From: an uncultured Pseudomonadota bacterium
GTDB lineage: Bacteria > Oederibacteriota > Muellerivitia > Muellerivitales > Muellerivitaceae
DNA length: 64,000 bases
NCBI GenBank assembly: GCA_963843375.1
Contig: CAWJKT010000018.1
Span: 1-64,000 of the forward strand
Direction: 5' to 3'
Below, in pieces: positions 13,201-23,816 of this stretch (the first letter of the stretch is position 1; each line of letters begins with the position of its first letter). The position numbers were made by a program, and so were the translations under genes. The notes beneath the pieces were generated by a model, which was given only the letters and a program-made list of their open reading frames with translations, made no database searches and had not been told where the DNA came from.

Positions 13201-16200
13201 CCGCCACCGATACTGCCACGAACACGCCGACGAACACTGCGACGGCTACGGCCACCAGCACGGCTTCGAACACGGCGACGAATACGGCTACCGCCACGGC
13301 TACCGGAACCCCGACGAATACGGCGACGGTGACGGATAGCTTTACAGCGACGAATACCGCCACCGACACGGCTACACCGACTCAAACGAACACTCCGACG
13401 AACACAGCCACCCTGACGCCCACGGGCACATCGACCAACACGGCCACGGATACGGCCACGGCGACCGCCACCAATACCGCTACGAACACTTCGCTGAATA
13501 CGGCGACCAATACCGCCACCGATACTGCCACGAACACGCCGACGAACACTGCGACGGCTACGGCCACCAGCACGGCTTCGAACACGGCGACGAATACGGC
13601 TACCGCCACGGCTACCGGAACCCCGACGAATACGGCGACGGTGACGGATAGCTTTACAGCGACGAATACCGCCACCGACACGGCTACACCGACTCAAACG
13701 AACACTCCGACGAACACAGCCACCCTGACGCCCACGGGCACATCGACCAACACGGCCACGGATACGGCCACGGCGACCGCCACCAATACCGCTACGAACA
13801 CTTCGCTGAATACGGCGACCAATACCGCCACCGATACTGCCACGAACACGCCGACGAACACTGCGACGGCTACGGCCACCAGCACGGCTTCGAACACGGC
13901 GACGAATACGGCTACCGCCACGGCTACCGGAACCCCGACGAATACGGCGACGGTGACGGATAGCTTTACAGCGACGAATACCGCCACCGACACGGCTACG
14001 CCGACTCAAACGAACACTCCGACGAACACAGCCACCCTGACGCCCACGGGCACATCGACCAACACGGCCACGGATACGGCCACGGCGACCGCCACCAATA
14101 CCGCTACGAACACTTCGCTGAATACGGCGACCAATACCGCCACCGATACTGCCACGAACACGCCGACGAACACTGCGACGGCTACGGCCACCAGCACGGC
14201 TTCGAACACGGCGACGAATACGGCTACCGCCACGGCTACCGGAACCCCGACGAATACGGCGACGGTGACGGATAGCTTTACAGCGACGAATACCGCCACC
14301 GACACGGCTACACCGACTCAAACGAACACTCCGACGAACACAGCCACCCTGACGCCCACGGGCACATCGACCAACACGGCCACGGATACGGCCACGGCGA
14401 CCGCCACCAATACCGCTACGAACACTTCGCTGAATACGGCGACCAATACCGCCACCGATACTGCCACGAACACGCCGACGAACACTGCGACGGCTACGGC
14501 CACCAGCACGGCTTCGAACACGGCGACGAATACGGCTACCGCCACGGCTACCGGAACCCCGACGAATACGGCGACGGTGACGGATAGCTTTACAGCGACG
14601 AATACCGCCACCGACACGGCTACGCCGACTCAAACGAACACTCCGACGAACACAGCCACCCTGACGCCCACGGGCACATCGACCAACACGGCCACGGATA
14701 CGGCCACGGCGACCGCCACCAATACCGCTACGAACACTTCGCTGAATACGGCGACCAATACCGCCACCGATACTGCCACGAACACGCCGACGAACACTGC
14801 GACGGCTACGGCCACCAGCACGGCTTCGAACACGGCGACGAATACGGCTACCGCCACGGCTACCGGAACCCCGACGAATACGGCGACGGTGACGGATAGC
14901 TTTACAGCGACGAATACCGCCACCGACACGGCTACACCGACTCAAACGAACACTCCGACGAACACAGCCACCCTGACGCCCACGGGCACATCGACCAACA
15001 CGGCCACGGATACGGCCACGGCGACCGCCACCAATACCGCTACGAACACTTCGCTGAATACGGCGACCAATACCGCCACCGATACTGCCACGAACACGCC
15101 GACGAACACTGCGACGGCTACGGCCACCAGCACGGCTTCGAACACGGCGACGAATACGGCTACCGCCACGGCTACCGGAACCCCGACGAATACGGCGACG
15201 GTGACGGATAGCTTTACAGCGACGAATACCGCCACCGACACGGCTACGCCGACTCAAACGAACACTCCGACGAACACAGCCACCCTGACGCCCACGGGCA
15301 CATCGACCAATACGGCCACGGATACGGCCACCAATACGGTTTCAAACACCCCAACCAATACGGCAACGGCAACGGCAACGGGCACGCCGACGAATACCCC
15401 AACAGGTACCGCCACCGATACCGTCACCAATACCCCAACCGATACAGCCACCCAAACTCAAACGAATACGCCGACAAACACGGCCACCCTGACGCCCACG
15501 GGCACACCGACCAATACGACGACAGATACAGCGACTAATACACTAACGGCCACGGCCACTTCCTCGGCAACAGCCACTGCGACCGGTACGCCCACGAACA
15601 CTGCGACCAACACACCCACTTCCACGACAACGGCCACGCCTACGAATACGACCACATCTACTGCTACGGGTACGTCCACGAATACAACGACCAGTACCCC
15701 AACTTCGACTATGACGCCCACGGCCACGAATACGGCCACTTCCACGGCCACCGGCACTTCCACTAAAACGGCGACGAATAGCCCCACCGCAACCGCAAGT
15801 AGCACTGCGACCCACACCACTACTTTTACCTTTACAGGTACTCCTACCCGCACACTGACTTCTACAGCCACTTTTACACCCACCGCGACCCTGACCAACA
15901 GCCCGACTTTCACCGTGACCGCCACAGCCACGAAGACCGCTACCAACACGCCGACCTATACATTCACCTATACGGCCACTCCGTCACCCACATTCACCAT
16001 GACCTTTACGCCGACTCCAACGCCTTTCCTGACCTTGTCGAAGACCGCTCCGGCCACGGCCCAACCCTTGAGCGACGTTCCCTATACCTTGACTTATTCA
16101 AACCTGAATTCAGCTGGAGTTTCCGATGTGGTGGTCACCGATTCCTTGCCAGCAACAACGGCGGGTACCTATGTCACCGGATCTGCTTCCGGTGGAGGGG

Positions 16201-17333
16201 TTTATAATTCCGCAACCAACCTTCTGACTTGGACAATTCCCTATGTTCCGGGAAATACGACAGTCCAACTGACATATGAATTGCAAATGGCCATGATGGC
16301 GGCCGAATACAACCCAGTGGTGAATACCGCCCAATTGACTTACTTTGGAGGTGGAGTCGTCACGGCTACAAATTCAGTCAGTATTATTGGAAATTATGTA
16401 GTCAATCTATCCGTCTATAACGGTGCTGGCGAAATCATCAAGACCATCGCCGTCTTTACGACCAACATTCCGATTTCAGATTTTTCCGTGACCGGAGGAG
16501 TTATCACCACAAACTCGGGCGTCGCCCAGTTCTTCTACAACGGGATTCTTATTGGAAGCTGGGATGCGACGTCCACATCGGGCCAGAAAGTGACCAACGG
16601 CGACTACATGGTGAAAATAAATAGCACCGATCCCATGGGTGTGGTCACGACCGTAATTCATGATGTCACGGTTGATATCAGCAGCAGCACCCTGCAAATC
16701 GCGGTGTACAACGGAGCCGGGGAAGCCGTGAAGACTTTCAGCCAGGCGCAGTTGGCGAATCTGTTGACGGGCGGTTCCATCCTGCCATCGGATTACAACG
16801 TCACCGCAGCGAAGCTCTCGAGCCAGACCATCGACCCGACTTATGGAGCACCCACAAGCGCGGATAATTTGCTCACTATCACTCTGGGTTCTGGCGACAG
16901 CTTTACTTGGAATGGAAGGGGAAACAACGGGGCAATCTTAACACCCGGCGTCTACTTCATCGAAATCCAGTCCCAACTTCCAGGTCAAGCGTCCCAGCAG
17001 ATCACAATGGAAATTCGTGTAATCGCAAACAATTCCAATAATGTCTCGGGAATTGTTCTGGGCCCCAATCCAATCCATTTGAGCCAAACCACCCAGGCAC
17101 AATTCTTTATCAATAACACGAACCTTCAATTCGACACGGTTCAAGTCCGGCTCTATACCGTGGCGGGCGAACTGATGAAGACACTCGTGAGTGAGCCAGG
17201 GAATCCCTCAGTGGTAGTTTGGGATCTCAGCGGTGGCGGGGTCGCAAGCGGTGCCTATTTAGCGGTGGTGGAACTTCAATCCAATGGCGGCCTCGTTGGA
17301 AGGCAAATCTTAAGAGTGGTGGTTCTCCACTAA
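7239..17333 (+). CDS. Giant (3364 aa) secreted/surface protein: signal peptide, Cys-rich N-terminal domains (DUF11-like, CBM3-like), about 2200-aa (T-x)n stalk, DUF11-like domain, FlgD-Ig-like/T9SS-CTD-like C-terminus
   Basis: Uninterrupted ORF with hydrophobic leader [13 protein letters not shown]. Motifs are [41 protein letters not shown] and [24 protein letters not shown]. The C-terminus reads [32 protein letters not shown]. Domain names come from motif recognition, not from a search. Confidence 0.85.
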   Translation: MFLIKREIVIESFWMNEPKLNKNIIERSKRVGKSCWIAFVILASLASHPSAVYSQCTPTSATMCSSGDDDTTIYVGGVSIGYFPYAGATGTGDAGNPTCVSVPTALLTGAQVCLAVYTQNTAPLVNFSSWDLDITCAGGEHSEITSNNTSDMTLYYTSTGNPSTPPPPDGSGNPWYSPNYNPTSSLFTLTAAAVTCAETWAEPIYNPVTGAQLTFQANECDADTGSGNITGALFWRECEPIPPPAPLLGPTAFTITKSIVGGPVYNVPGSNDVSVTYAITFCNTGAAVTTPVTIQDNISGGGMQYNSGCIPAPSQPQPYTPYCGGNGSVIYPLGMPGNYCQSVTFLYTNYYYPNDFCATFVNNATISDGVVSTTSNSVTANIVCATNTFTYTPTYTYSPTPSYTPTPTWTPTPPPSTLSPTNTYTFTPSYTPTPTWTNTTVPGTFTATNTYTFTPSYTPTNTLTAIPTATAGAACGSSSGITTPNLTLGVAMGQCTGELSYYFYVVNNGATAVPVADVCFEFWAYDTVATAWGSQQDSLGGTYNSGGTGYTGANGAFTVTATKMSTPCTVINGVVTTYANWEFTVCNSTSTSMIPAGGGYWYGGEIGLYTSAPSGYSYTPGLSSWYSTAPPGGSCSSPTVAGFGAGGFYNIPQYALLYNGQLVNEGGGTDANTGVVPCAVANTCTPTLTPTPTITQSPTPTYSNTRTYTPTSTFTNTASFTITNTFSPTFTYTFTPSFTPTPTYSNTASPTITNTFTLTNSYTPTATYTNTFSFTPTPTYTNTYSQTPTSTWTNTTTWTPTNTYPSSTATSTATKTATNTPTNTTTTTPTNTATNTPTNTITQTLTNTATNTATNTITQTLTKTATNTPTNTITQTLTNTATNTPTNTITQTLTNTATNTPTNTITQTLTNTATNTPTNTITQTLTNTATNTPTKTITQTLTQTTTNTPTNTTTTTPTNTATNTPTNTITETLTNTATNTPTFTTTNTPTNTTTNTPTNTTSNTPTNTSTNTATSTATNTTTNTPTNTKTNTPTNTATNTATNTTTNTTTNTPTPTTSNTPTNTATPTTTNTPTNTATNTPTSTTTNTPTNTTTATPTNTTTNTPLNTPTNTATNTATNTTTNTPTNTTTNTPTNTATNTATNTTTNTTTNTPTPTTSNTPTNTATPTTTKTPTDTTTNTPTSTTTNTPTNTTTATPTNTTTNTPLNTPTNTATNTATNTTTNTPTNTTTNTPTNTSTNTATNTTTNTTTNTPTPTTSNTPTNTATPTTTNTPTNTATNTPTSTTTNTPTNTTTATPTNTTTNTPLNTPTNTATNTATNTTTNTPTNTTTNTPTNTATNTATNTTTNTTTNTPTPTTSNTPTNTATPTTTKTPTDTTTNTPTSTTTNTPTNTTTATPTNTTTNTPLNTPTNTATNTATNTTTNTPTNTTTNTPTNTSTNTATNTTTNTTTNTPTPTTSNTPTNTATNTATSTASNTATNTATATPTNTATNTATPTTTNTPTNTATNTPTSTTTNTPTNTTTATPTNTTTNTPLNTPTNTATNTATNTTTNTPTNTTTNTPTNTSTNTATNTTTNTTTNTPTPTTSNTPTNTATNTATSTASNTATNTATATPTNTATNTATPTTTNTPTNTATNTPTSTTTNTPTNTTTATPTNTTTNTPINTPTNTATNTPTNTTTNTPTNTTTNTPTNTATDTATNTTTNTTTNTPTPTTSNTPTNTATPTTTNTPTNTATNTATSTTTNTPTNTTSDTPTNTATNTPINTPTNSATNTATNTTTNTPTNTATNTATNTTTNSPTPTQTNTPTNTATATTTGTPTNTTTNTPTPTTSNTATDTATPTQTNTPTNTATLTPTGTSTNTATDTATATATNTATNTSLNTATNTATDTATNTPTNTATATATSTASNTATNTATATATGTPTNTATVTDSFTATNTATDTATPTQTNTPTNTATLTPTGTSTNTATDTATATATNTATNTSLNTATNTATDTATNTPTNTATATATSTASNTATNTATATATGTPTNTATVTDSFTATNTATDTATPTQTNTPTNTATLTPTGTSTNTATDTATATATNTATNTSLNTATNTATDTATNTPTNTATATATSTASNTATNTATATATGTPTNTATVTDSFTATNTATDTATPTQTNTPTNTATLTPTGTSTNTATDTATATATNTATNTSLNTATNTATDTATNTPTNTATATATSTASNTATNTATATATGTPTNTATVTDSFTATNTATDTATPTQTNTPTNTATLTPTGTSTNTATDTATATATNTATNTSLNTATNTATDTATNTPTNTATATATSTASNTATNTATATATGTPTNTATVTDSFTATNTATDTATPTQTNTPTNTATLTPTGTSTNTATDTATATATNTATNTSLNTATNTATDTATNTPTNTATATATSTASNTATNTATATATGTPTNTATVTDSFTATNTATDTATPTQTNTPTNTATLTPTGTSTNTATDTATATATNTATNTSLNTATNTATDTATNTPTNTATATATSTASNTATNTATATATGTPTNTATVTDSFTATNTATDTATPTQTNTPTNTATLTPTGTSTNTATDTATATATNTATNTSLNTATNTATDTATNTPTNTATATATSTASNTATNTATATATGTPTNTATVTDSFTATNTATDTATPTQTNTPTNTATLTPTGTSTNTATDTATNTVSNTPTNTATATATGTPTNTPTGTATDTVTNTPTDTATQTQTNTPTNTATLTPTGTPTNTTTDTATNTLTATATSSATATATGTPTNTATNTPTSTTTATPTNTTTSTATGTSTNTTTSTPTSTMTPTATNTATSTATGTSTKTATNSPTATASSTATHTTTFTFTGTPTRTLTSTATFTPTATLTNSPTFTVTATATKTATNTPTYTFTYTATPSPTFTMTFTPTPTPFLTLSKTAPATAQPLSDVPYTLTYSNLNSAGVSDVVVTDSLPATTAGTYVTGSASGGGVYNSATNLLTWTIPYVPGNTTVQLTYELQMAMMAAEYNPVVNTAQLTYFGGGVVTATNSVSIIGNYVVNLSVYNGAGEIIKTIAVFTTNIPISDFSVTGGVITTNSGVAQFFYNGILIGSWDATSTSGQKVTNGDYMVKINSTDPMGVVTTVIHDVTVDISSSTLQIAVYNGAGEAVKTFSQAQLANLLTGGSILPSDYNVTAAKLSSQTIDPTYGAPTSADNLLTITLGSGDSFTWNGRGNNGAILTPGVYFIEIQSQLPGQASQQITMEIRVIANNSNNVSGIVLGPNPIHLSQTTQAQFFINNTNLQFDTVQVRLYTVAGELMKTLVSEPGNPSVVVWDLSGGGVASGAYLAVVELQSNGGLVGRQILRVVVLH
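9740..10190 (+). repeat. Degenerate 48-bp coding tandem repeat ([16 protein letters not shown])
   Basis: The 16-aa unit recurs about 8 times in the translation, with synonymous divergence in the DNA. Confidence 0.75.
10270..12480 (+). repeat. 300-bp coding tandem repeat in A-B-A-B order, followed by a roughly 384-bp duplicated variant
   Basis: Lines at 10441/11041 and 10741/11341 match (period 300, super-period 600). CCGCCACCAGCACGGCTTCG recurs at 11641 and 12025. Confidence 0.8.
12729..15330 (+). repeat. 312-bp (104-aa) near-perfect tandem repeat, 8 full copies plus a partial copy
   Basis: Identical antisense ORFs recur every 312 bp from 12758 to 14942. The only difference I noticed between units is a synonymous GCTAC(G/A)CCG. 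Confidence 0.95.
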
Positions 17334-17439
17334 CCCGCCGCTGGGTGGTTCAAGCTTTTTCGGCGGGGGCACTAAAATTCCGTTAAAAATTTCCAAATCC
17401 CGCTAAAATTCAATTATTCTTTACCCATCCATTTAAAAG

Positions 17440-18048
17440 GTGGGCTATTTGGCGGCGACTGAAAAAAAGGGCAAAAAAGGAAAAAGTTTAAAGTTTTTAT
17501 TCGGCTATTTGGCGGGTTTTTCTTGCTGGTTGGTGGGCCTTCCCTGTTTTGAAGAGGACTCCCAAGGCCGGGTGTTTCTTTCATGGCCTAAACTCCTAAA
17601 ACATCTCAGAAAAGTATTTTTGTGGGCCTTGGAACTGACCCTTCTTTACCATCTGTTTGGGATGTACTTTAACTGGCTCTTGGGGGCCACTAGCCCCGAA
17701 AAAGTTACGGCGATCCTAGTCAAGTCGGTCGCCTTTCTTTACGTGAAGGTTTTTTGGCCCAGGGTTTTACCTGAAATTCTTCCCGGCCTCCATGTGTTCT
17801 TGTGCCCTCAATGCTACCAACGGCAAACCTTCAAGTTCCTGCCGGTTTCATTCCGTTATGGATTTTTCGTGACCTATCTTTGCCGGTATTGCTCTTGCCT
17901 AGTCGATGGATGGGGAAAACAGATTTTTTATCCTTCATCGGTTTCCTTTAAGGATTTGGTCCCGAATTTAGTTAAAACCCTGGTCCCGGTTTTAGTGGTT
18001 TTAGCCCTGGGAATGGCGGGGTTCGAGGTGTTTTGGAGAAATTTTTAA
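17440..18048 (+). CDS. Hypothetical membrane protein with two CxxC motifs (zinc-ribbon-like)
   Basis: 202-aa ORF with hydrophobic segments, CPQC and CRYC. Confidence 0.6.
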   Translation: MGYLAATEKKGKKGKSLKFLFGYLAGFSCWLVGLPCFEEDSQGRVFLSWPKLLKHLRKVFLWALELTLLYHLFGMYFNWLLGATSPEKVTAILVKSVAFLYVKVFWPRVLPEILPGLHVFLCPQCYQRQTFKFLPVSFRYGFFVTYLCRYCSCLVDGWGKQIFYPSSVSFKDLVPNLVKTLVPVLVVLALGMAGFEVFWRNF

Positions 18049-18104
18049 CGATTTTCAATGACCATCGAGTCTCGCCCTGAAGTCCATTGGAGATTAGGCA
18101 AGCA

Positions 18105-18674
18105 TTAATGCGGGTGAGGCTTAAAAAAATACATCAGGATGATTAAAACCAACAGTAAAAATCCCAATATTACCGGAAATCGATTCCAAAAGGGAACCGT
18201 AATCGAGGACAGTTTGGAGGATAAAAAGGCCTTCGCCTTCTCGTCCAGGAAATCGACGGGAATGGAAATGGTTGCTCCGGTAGGGGAGATTATCCTCCAA
18301 AGTTTTCCGTTTTTTCGGAGACCCTTGAATATCGCCCAGGGATTTTTCACCGAACCCAATTCCGATTGAATCACCAGGCCCTCGTCCGTCATGCGGTACT
18401 TCATCACCGGTGATTTCAGCTTTTTGATCTGGGTTAGACTTTTGGAATAGGCCGAATAGAGCAGAAAGCAAAGAAATAGGGGGATGGCCACGGCGGGCAA
18501 ATAGGACAGATAGGTCTTCCAGTCAGGAACGCCACCCCGGGAAATAAAGATGTAAATATTGCTGATTAATGCAAGAAAAACGAAGATGACTATAAAGATT
18601 AAAGGACGAAACTGGTAATACAAAGTCCACTTCACTAGCCGTGGTGTAAGAGTTACGGTGATTTCGCGATCCAT
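18105..18674 (-). CDS. YcxB-like membrane protein
   Basis: Two N-terminal transmembrane helices, then YRMTDEGLVIQSELG...PW..F..L.K..K.W.I......IP, the YcxB pattern. An RBS (GGAGGG on the minus strand) lies upstream. Confidence 0.65.
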   Translation of the reverse strand: MDREITVTLTPRLVKWTLYYQFRPLIFIVIFVFLALISNIYIFISRGGVPDWKTYLSYLPAVAIPLFLCFLLYSAYSKSLTQIKKLKSPVMKYRMTDEGLVIQSELGSVKNPWAIFKGLRKNGKLWRIISPTGATISIPVDFLDEKAKAFLSSKLSSITVPFWNRFPVILGFLLLVLIILMYFFKPHPH

Positions 18675-18730
18675 TTTATGGCCCTCCTAATTTTTTTTAT
18701 TTTCGTCCAATGTTTCCGCGTTTTTTTTGT

Positions 18731-18760
18731 TTGTCCAGGATGAATCCCCTGATTGGACAA
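18731..18760 (-). repeat. 30-bp palindromic site (same family as the 47-60 kb array), inverted orientation
   Basis: Plus strand TTGTCCAGGATGAA-TC-CCCTGATTGGACAA, which on the minus strand is TTGTCCAATCAGGG-GA-TTCATCCTGGACAA. It lies 56 bp upstream of the minus-strand ycxB-like start. Confidence 0.8.
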
Positions 18761-18955
18761 TGCTTGATTGGCCAATAAAAGTTTTCCACTATTGGGTAAC
18801 CATTTAGGTCATTTTATATAATAGTAGACTCATTCTATATTATTCAGTAGCGGGCTAAACCTCCCAACAACCCCATAAAGCCATTAGGTTATGTTCCTGA
18901 TTCATCCGCGAGTGTGATACAGTAATAAAAGCATTGCGAAGCAAGGAGGTACAAA

Positions 18956-19003
18956 ATGGCAAAGAAAGTAAAGAAAACCGCAAAGGGCAAAAAGAGATTC
19001 TAA
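18956..19003 (+). CDS. Putative 15-aa lysine-rich small peptide MAKKVKKTAKGKKRF
   Basis: Perfect Shine-Dalgarno AAGGAGGT 5 nt before the ATG, and an intrinsic terminator 50 nt after the stop. Confidence 0.55.
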   Translation: MAKKVKKTAKGKKRF

Positions 19004-19052
19004 CAGGGTGGTTGAAAACTGATTAATAAATACACCGATAGTTTTTAACCCT

Positions 19053-19080
19053 AGCCCGAGCGACTCGTTCGGGCTTTTTT
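19053..19080 (+). terminator. Rho-independent terminator
   Basis: AGCCCGAGCG-ACT-CGTTCGGGCT hairpin followed by a T-tract. Confidence 0.8.
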
Positions 19081-19213
19081 ATGACCTTTTTTTCATTCAA
19101 CTATCAAATCAAGAAAAAAGCCCAAATTTACTGTATATATAATGAAAGCGCATTGACATTTAACCCCGCTCTTCGCAAACTAAATAAGCAATCATTAAAC
19201 AAGGAGGAACTTC

Positions 19214-19909
19214 ATGGGCCTTTTAACTCAAGATCAACCTATCGCATCAAGTGTCGTTTCCGAAGACGCCCCCACCCAGATGGCTTTTCTTCAGAAAGTT
19301 TATTCCCTTTTCTTATTGGGATTGGCTGTGGCCGCCGGAGGGGCGTTCATAACAATGACGAACCCCGATGTCGCTCGGGCGGTGATGGGACATTTCATTA
19401 TCGGTATGGTTGTTTACTTCGGGGTCTTTTTTCTGGCCATGGCTGTACGCCGGAAGCCCGGTATTAACGTAGTGGCCCTGCTTTCCTTTACCTTCGTTAG
19501 CGGTGCTTTTTTGGCGCCTGTACTCATGTTCGCCGTTCTTAAAACCGGCAATATGGACGTAGTATTCCAGGCTGCTGGCATCACGGGCTCCATTTTCGTT
19601 GGGTTGACAGCCTACACCTTCATTTCAAAAAAGGACTTTTCGTTCCTCGGCGGCATAGTCTACGTGGGCCTTTTTGCGGTGATGGGCATCATGCTGGTGA
19701 ACATCTTCGTCCAAAGTCAAGCCGCCGACATGGCCGTCTCCTGGATCGGTTCGGTTTTGTTTTCCCTCTTCATACTTTTTGACACCTCCCGCATCATGCG
19801 CACCCACGAGAGCGACGAATATGTGAGCGGGGCCTTAAGTCTCTACTTGGACTTCATCAATCTTTTCCTCTTTATCTTGCGCCTCCTTTCGGGTGGCCGT
19901 CGAAACTAA
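19214..19909 (+). CDS. Bax inhibitor-1/YccA family membrane protein
   Basis: FLQKVY, seven transmembrane segments, KKDFSFLGG, FILFDTSRI and ALSLYLDFINLFLFILRLL; RBS AAGGAGG. Confidence 0.92.
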   Translation: MGLLTQDQPIASSVVSEDAPTQMAFLQKVYSLFLLGLAVAAGGAFITMTNPDVARAVMGHFIIGMVVYFGVFFLAMAVRRKPGINVVALLSFTFVSGAFLAPVLMFAVLKTGNMDVVFQAAGITGSIFVGLTAYTFISKKDFSFLGGIVYVGLFAVMGIMLVNIFVQSQAADMAVSWIGSVLFSLFILFDTSRIMRTHESDEYVSGALSLYLDFINLFLFILRLLSGGRRN

Positions 19910-19994
19910 TCTTTTTTTTGAATTAGCACTGTCAAACCCTGCGCCTTGCCCCATGGGTAAAAATAGCTGGCTAATCCCTTGTAAAATACTCGTC

Positions 19995-20034
19995 AAAACA
20001 AGAAGCCCTGTGATTTCACCGGGCTTTTTGTTTT
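19995..20034. terminator. Probable intrinsic terminator (possibly bidirectional)
   Basis: AAAACAAGAAGCCC...GGGCTTTTTGTTTT inverted repeat. Confidence 0.65.
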
Positions 20035-20257
20035 CCTGTATTGAAAAGGTCTAGTGCGAGTTTCATCGCTCTTCGGAAAACACAATGTGGAGGTCGACAA
20101 GGTTTGTAAAAATCCCCTTGGAGTTTAACGAAAAAGGACTAGGGGTGGATGTAAGGAGCGAGAGCACTTTTTCCCACAACAAGTGTAAAGTTTCCATAAA
20201 AGGAAAAGTTTGTAATTCGAGATCGATTCTGAAGGTCTGGAGAAAGGATAAAATCTG

Positions 20258-21763
20258 TTGAGGGGGGCTATCAAATTCATAGCGACACTTTTTCCTGACC
20301 CCATACGGCTATCGTTACTGAGCCTCTTGGTGGCCGCAATACTGCCTTTCCCTCTTTTTGCCAAAGAGTCAAAGGCCGATAGCTTTTTGGGTGTTTGGGG
20401 CGTTAAAGTGAATGATTCCGAAGGGCCTGATCGAAACGACCGTTTCGTGATCCAGATCAGGAAAAACAAGAAAGAGGATATAGCGGTTTATTTTCAAAAC
20501 CTAGACGATCTGGGTGGTGGGGAAAATATGCTATTGGATCAAGCCACTTGGAAAGGCAATGAGTTAGACGCTGAAAATCACTTCCTGGCCTTAAACCTGA
20601 TGCCTGACACCTCGGGGATCCTCTTGAAAGGGACACTGAAGACCTTGGCCGATGGAAAAATTTACCCCATCAGCTTTAGTCGAAAGTTGGACTTCACTCT
20701 TCCCCGGGTAGACGCCAATGGAATGGCCATCACCACGTATTCTTATCAACTTCCTTCAACTCTTTTAGACGGATGGAAGGTGGGGGATTTAAGGCAAAGC
20801 GCCCTGGATCCAAAAATTATCGAAACAGGCGTCGATCAAATCCTCAACCAGAAATTCCCTTATATTGAAAGCTTGGTCGTCGTTCAAAAAGGCCAATTGT
20901 TGTTGGACGAATATTTTAAGGGCCTCGGACCCGGCGACAGCCACCAGTTGCAATCCGCTACTAAGTCAGTCCTCTCTATCCTTTTTGGTATCGCCCAAGA
21001 CCAGGGTTTGGTGAACGAGACCGAAAGGCTTTACAACTATTTCCCGGAATACCGCACCCGACCCGGGTGGCAAAAAGATAAGGATTTGATTACGCTGGAC
21101 GACCTGATGACCATGACCTCGGGACTGGCCTGTGATGACTGGACTCCCTCCCAAGATTGCAGTCAGGAGATAGTGACATCCCCGGATTTGCTCTCTTTTG
21201 TCCTTTCCCAGCAATTGGTAAACGAGCCTGAGGAACATTTCACCTATTGCACCTGCTGCCTGGAACCCCTGGGAGCAATCATCGCCCTCAAGAGCGGTAT
21301 GTCTGTGCCGGATTTCGCCCAAAAATACCTTTATGATCCTCTGGGCATTCAAGCTCACGACTGGTGGACTGCCCCCCACCAAGTCACTGAGGTTGGGGGG
21401 AGCCATTGGTTGAAGCCCAGGGATATGGCCAAGCTGGGGACTTTGTTTTTGAACAAAGGTAAATGGAATGGCCGGCAGGTAATTTCGCGGGAATGGGTGG
21501 AAGCCTCCACTCAAATCCAGGGACCCACTCCCAAAGAACTCCCTTGGAATTACGGTTATTTATGGTGGATGGAAAATATGCCGTTCAAAAACAAAAAGAT
21601 CCATGTTTTTTTCGCGGCTGGGAATGGCGAGCAATTTATTTTCGTGGCACCCGATTTGGATTTGGTCTGTGTCATGACCGGGGACAATTATAAAAATACC
21701 CATATTGTCGGGGACCCGAGCGTTGAATTTTTCCAAACGTACATTCTTGGGGCTTTTAGGTAA
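20258..21763 (+). CDS. Secreted serine hydrolase, beta-lactamase/AmpC-like family, with an N-terminal extension
   Basis: QSATKS (SxxK), LMTMTSGL, F.Y, LYDPLGI, PRDMAKLG.LFLNKG.WNG.QVIS.EWV, YGYLWW and A.GNGEQ.I. Confidence 0.88.
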   Translation: MRGAIKFIATLFPDPIRLSLLSLLVAAILPFPLFAKESKADSFLGVWGVKVNDSEGPDRNDRFVIQIRKNKKEDIAVYFQNLDDLGGGENMLLDQATWKGNELDAENHFLALNLMPDTSGILLKGTLKTLADGKIYPISFSRKLDFTLPRVDANGMAITTYSYQLPSTLLDGWKVGDLRQSALDPKIIETGVDQILNQKFPYIESLVVVQKGQLLLDEYFKGLGPGDSHQLQSATKSVLSILFGIAQDQGLVNETERLYNYFPEYRTRPGWQKDKDLITLDDLMTMTSGLACDDWTPSQDCSQEIVTSPDLLSFVLSQQLVNEPEEHFTYCTCCLEPLGAIIALKSGMSVPDFAQKYLYDPLGIQAHDWWTAPHQVTEVGGSHWLKPRDMAKLGTLFLNKGKWNGRQVISREWVEASTQIQGPTPKELPWNYGYLWWMENMPFKNKKIHVFFAAGNGEQFIFVAPDLDLVCVMTGDNYKNTHIVGDPSVEFFQTYILGAFR

Positions 21764-21775
21764 GGTATTCCATTT

Positions 21776-22534
21776 ATGCTAATCAAATCATTTGTTGCGA
21801 TTTTTTTTTCGCTTTCAGTTTTGTGTTTTGCCGACGGTCCACTTTTAGACCACAACAGCCAGGTAGTTGCTTACACGGATTTAAAAGGAAACGGCTTAAA
21901 GGAGAAAGTGATTCTCAATGGAAGCCCGTACAATAACCTAGGCGATTATTATTTCAAAAGCCTCAAAATATTCGAAGACGTCCGATTGGTTTATGAGTTC
22001 GATTCTGGAGATGGATTCGATGAAGTTACAGTAGATCATTATGTCGTCGCCCCTTTGAGAAACAGCCGAAAATCCCAAATTTTAATACTACTTCGCGGTT
22101 CGGACGCAGTGGAATCAAACCTGAAAATCATTGAATGGGATGGCCAAAAATACGTTGAAACCTTGAACGAGCATTGTCGAACAGCGGATGTCCAGGATCT
22201 GGAAAAGAAAGGGGAGTTCCAAATGATTCTGGGCCAAAGGGACCAAATACCCCATATATATGATTATGATTCCCACTTGGGGGGATACGCCGTCTCGGAT
22301 CAAAAACACTTAAGTTTCTTTAAAAAATTAATTAAAGAATACGAATCTGATTTAGCGGAGGATTATCAAGATAGCACTAGGCTCGTAAAGCTGAAAAAAA
22401 TCGCTGATGCGGCCAAATTGGTAGGGGACATTGCAAAAGAAAAAGACGCTCGGCACAGGTTGAGCGAATTGCGGGACAAAATGGCGCAAAACAATAGTTC
22501 TTCAAAAGATTCCATCGAACAGACAAAACAATAA
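21776..22534 (+). CDS. Hypothetical secreted protein
   Basis: 252-aa ORF with a signal-peptide-like N-terminus, 12 bp after the hydrolase. Confidence 0.65.
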   Translation: MLIKSFVAIFFSLSVLCFADGPLLDHNSQVVAYTDLKGNGLKEKVILNGSPYNNLGDYYFKSLKIFEDVRLVYEFDSGDGFDEVTVDHYVVAPLRNSRKSQILILLRGSDAVESNLKIIEWDGQKYVETLNEHCRTADVQDLEKKGEFQMILGQRDQIPHIYDYDSHLGGYAVSDQKHLSFFKKLIKEYESDLAEDYQDSTRLVKLKKIADAAKLVGDIAKEKDARHRLSELRDKMAQNNSSSKDSIEQTKQ

Positions 22535-22764
22535 TTCCTTAGCCAACATCAGGCATGAGTTCACCAAAATAAATAATTCAAATCCATTTAAAACTGCAAA
22601 GCGTTGAAATGATAGAGAACCGTACTTATTCAACTGTCCTAGAATCGATTATCAATATCAGGACAGTTTTCCAACAAAAGAGAGGATGAGCCGGGATTTA
22701 GATAAATGGTTTAACCAACAATAGCTATTTGTTTATAAAGAGTCGAATACCTCATATGGATGTG

Positions 22765-22794
22765 ATGTCGGCGACGGTTTTGGAGATTCGACAC
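22765..22794 (+). repeat. Degenerate copy of the 30-bp palindromic site
   Basis: ATGTCGGCGACGGT-TT-TGGAGATTCGACAC keeps the same length and TGTC..CGACGG / GATT.GACA, but the centre is not GA. Confidence 0.4.
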
Positions 22795-22976
22795 CGAACT
22801 TCTTCATTTTAGGTTTCCAAAAAAATAATGTTCCAAACAAAAAAATGCATTTATTAACAAACACTTAATAATCTATTTATTAAAATTAGCAGTAAAACAA
22901 TCGCAGCTATTGGAATGAATAATGCATAAGTAATACTTCTCGTTGAAGGCCTCAAGATCAGCTCTTAAGCTGAGGA

Positions 22977-23816
22977 ATGAGTTTTCAAATGGGTCCACAA
23001 TATCTAATGGAGTCTGAAGCGGAATCAAAGCGCCTCCTTGTCAAAAACTACCAAGAGAAAACTGTGGAACAACTTATCGAGACCGGAATCCAAAACCTGC
23101 CCAGGGGATCTCATTTCGTCGATGCGGGTTGTGGTGTTGGTCATGTAGCGGAAGTTATGGGCTGCCTCCTCAAAAATTCCATCGAGATTCCCCAGATAAC
23201 ACTCCTCGATTTTTCCGAAAAAAGATTGTCTGGGGCCAAATCCCGTCTGGAAAAAGCTTCTGATGTGGATTATCACTACATTTCTTGCGATTTGACCCAC
23301 ATCCCCCTTTCGTCCCATTCGGTCGATTATGTTTTCTGCCGGTTCGTTTTTGAATATCTCTCCAATCCCCAGGCTACATTTGATGAGTTATACCGAATCC
23401 TCAAGCCGGGCGGGAAATTGGTAGTGGGGGATTTGGATTACAACTGCATGACTCACTATCCACTCGATCCTCAAATTGAGGCGGATCTTTTGAGCCTAGT
23501 GCAGACTCTTGAGGAAAAAAAACTTTTCGATCCCTACGCGGGCCGAAAACTTTATTCCTTCTTCCACCGAGCTCAACTTGAAGACATTCAGGTTCATCTG
23601 CATGATCACCATCTTTTCTATGGGGATTTATCCCCCTCCGATGAATTCAACTGGTTGGCCAAAATCGACAGGTTGATCGAGTACCAAAATGAAGGGAGTC
23701 TCAGGTTCTCATTTGACCTGAAGGATTTTAAACGAAGATTTTTTAATTTTTTGAGATTTCCGGGACGATTTAGTTACACGCCGCTCATTCTTGTGGAAGG
23801 AAGGAGGCCGATATGA
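22977..23816 (+). CDS. Class I SAM-dependent methyltransferase
   Basis: VDAGCGVG (motif I), LLDFS and VDYVFCRFVFEYL..P....ELYRILKPGG. Confidence 0.9.
   Translation: MSFQMGPQYLMESEAESKRLLVKNYQEKTVEQLIETGIQNLPRGSHFVDAGCGVGHVAEVMGCLLKNSIEIPQITLLDFSEKRLSGAKSRLEKASDVDYHYISCDLTHIPLSSHSVDYVFCRFVFEYLSNPQATFDELYRILKPGGKLVVGDLDYNCMTHYPLDPQIEADLLSLVQTLEEKKLFDPYAGRKLYSFFHRAQLEDIQVHLHDHHLFYGDLSPSDEFNWLAKIDRLIEYQNEGSLRFSFDLKDFKRRFFNFLRFPGRFSYTPLILVEGRRPI

Noticed and set aside
10064..15949. Long antisense Val-rich and Arg/Gly-rich ORFs (852 aa, 877 aa, eight 99-aa copies)
   Set aside because: Shadows of the ACN-rich Thr repeat on the opposite strand. The same applies to Val-rich antisense ORFs at 50.2-51.4 kb and 56.7-57.3 kb.
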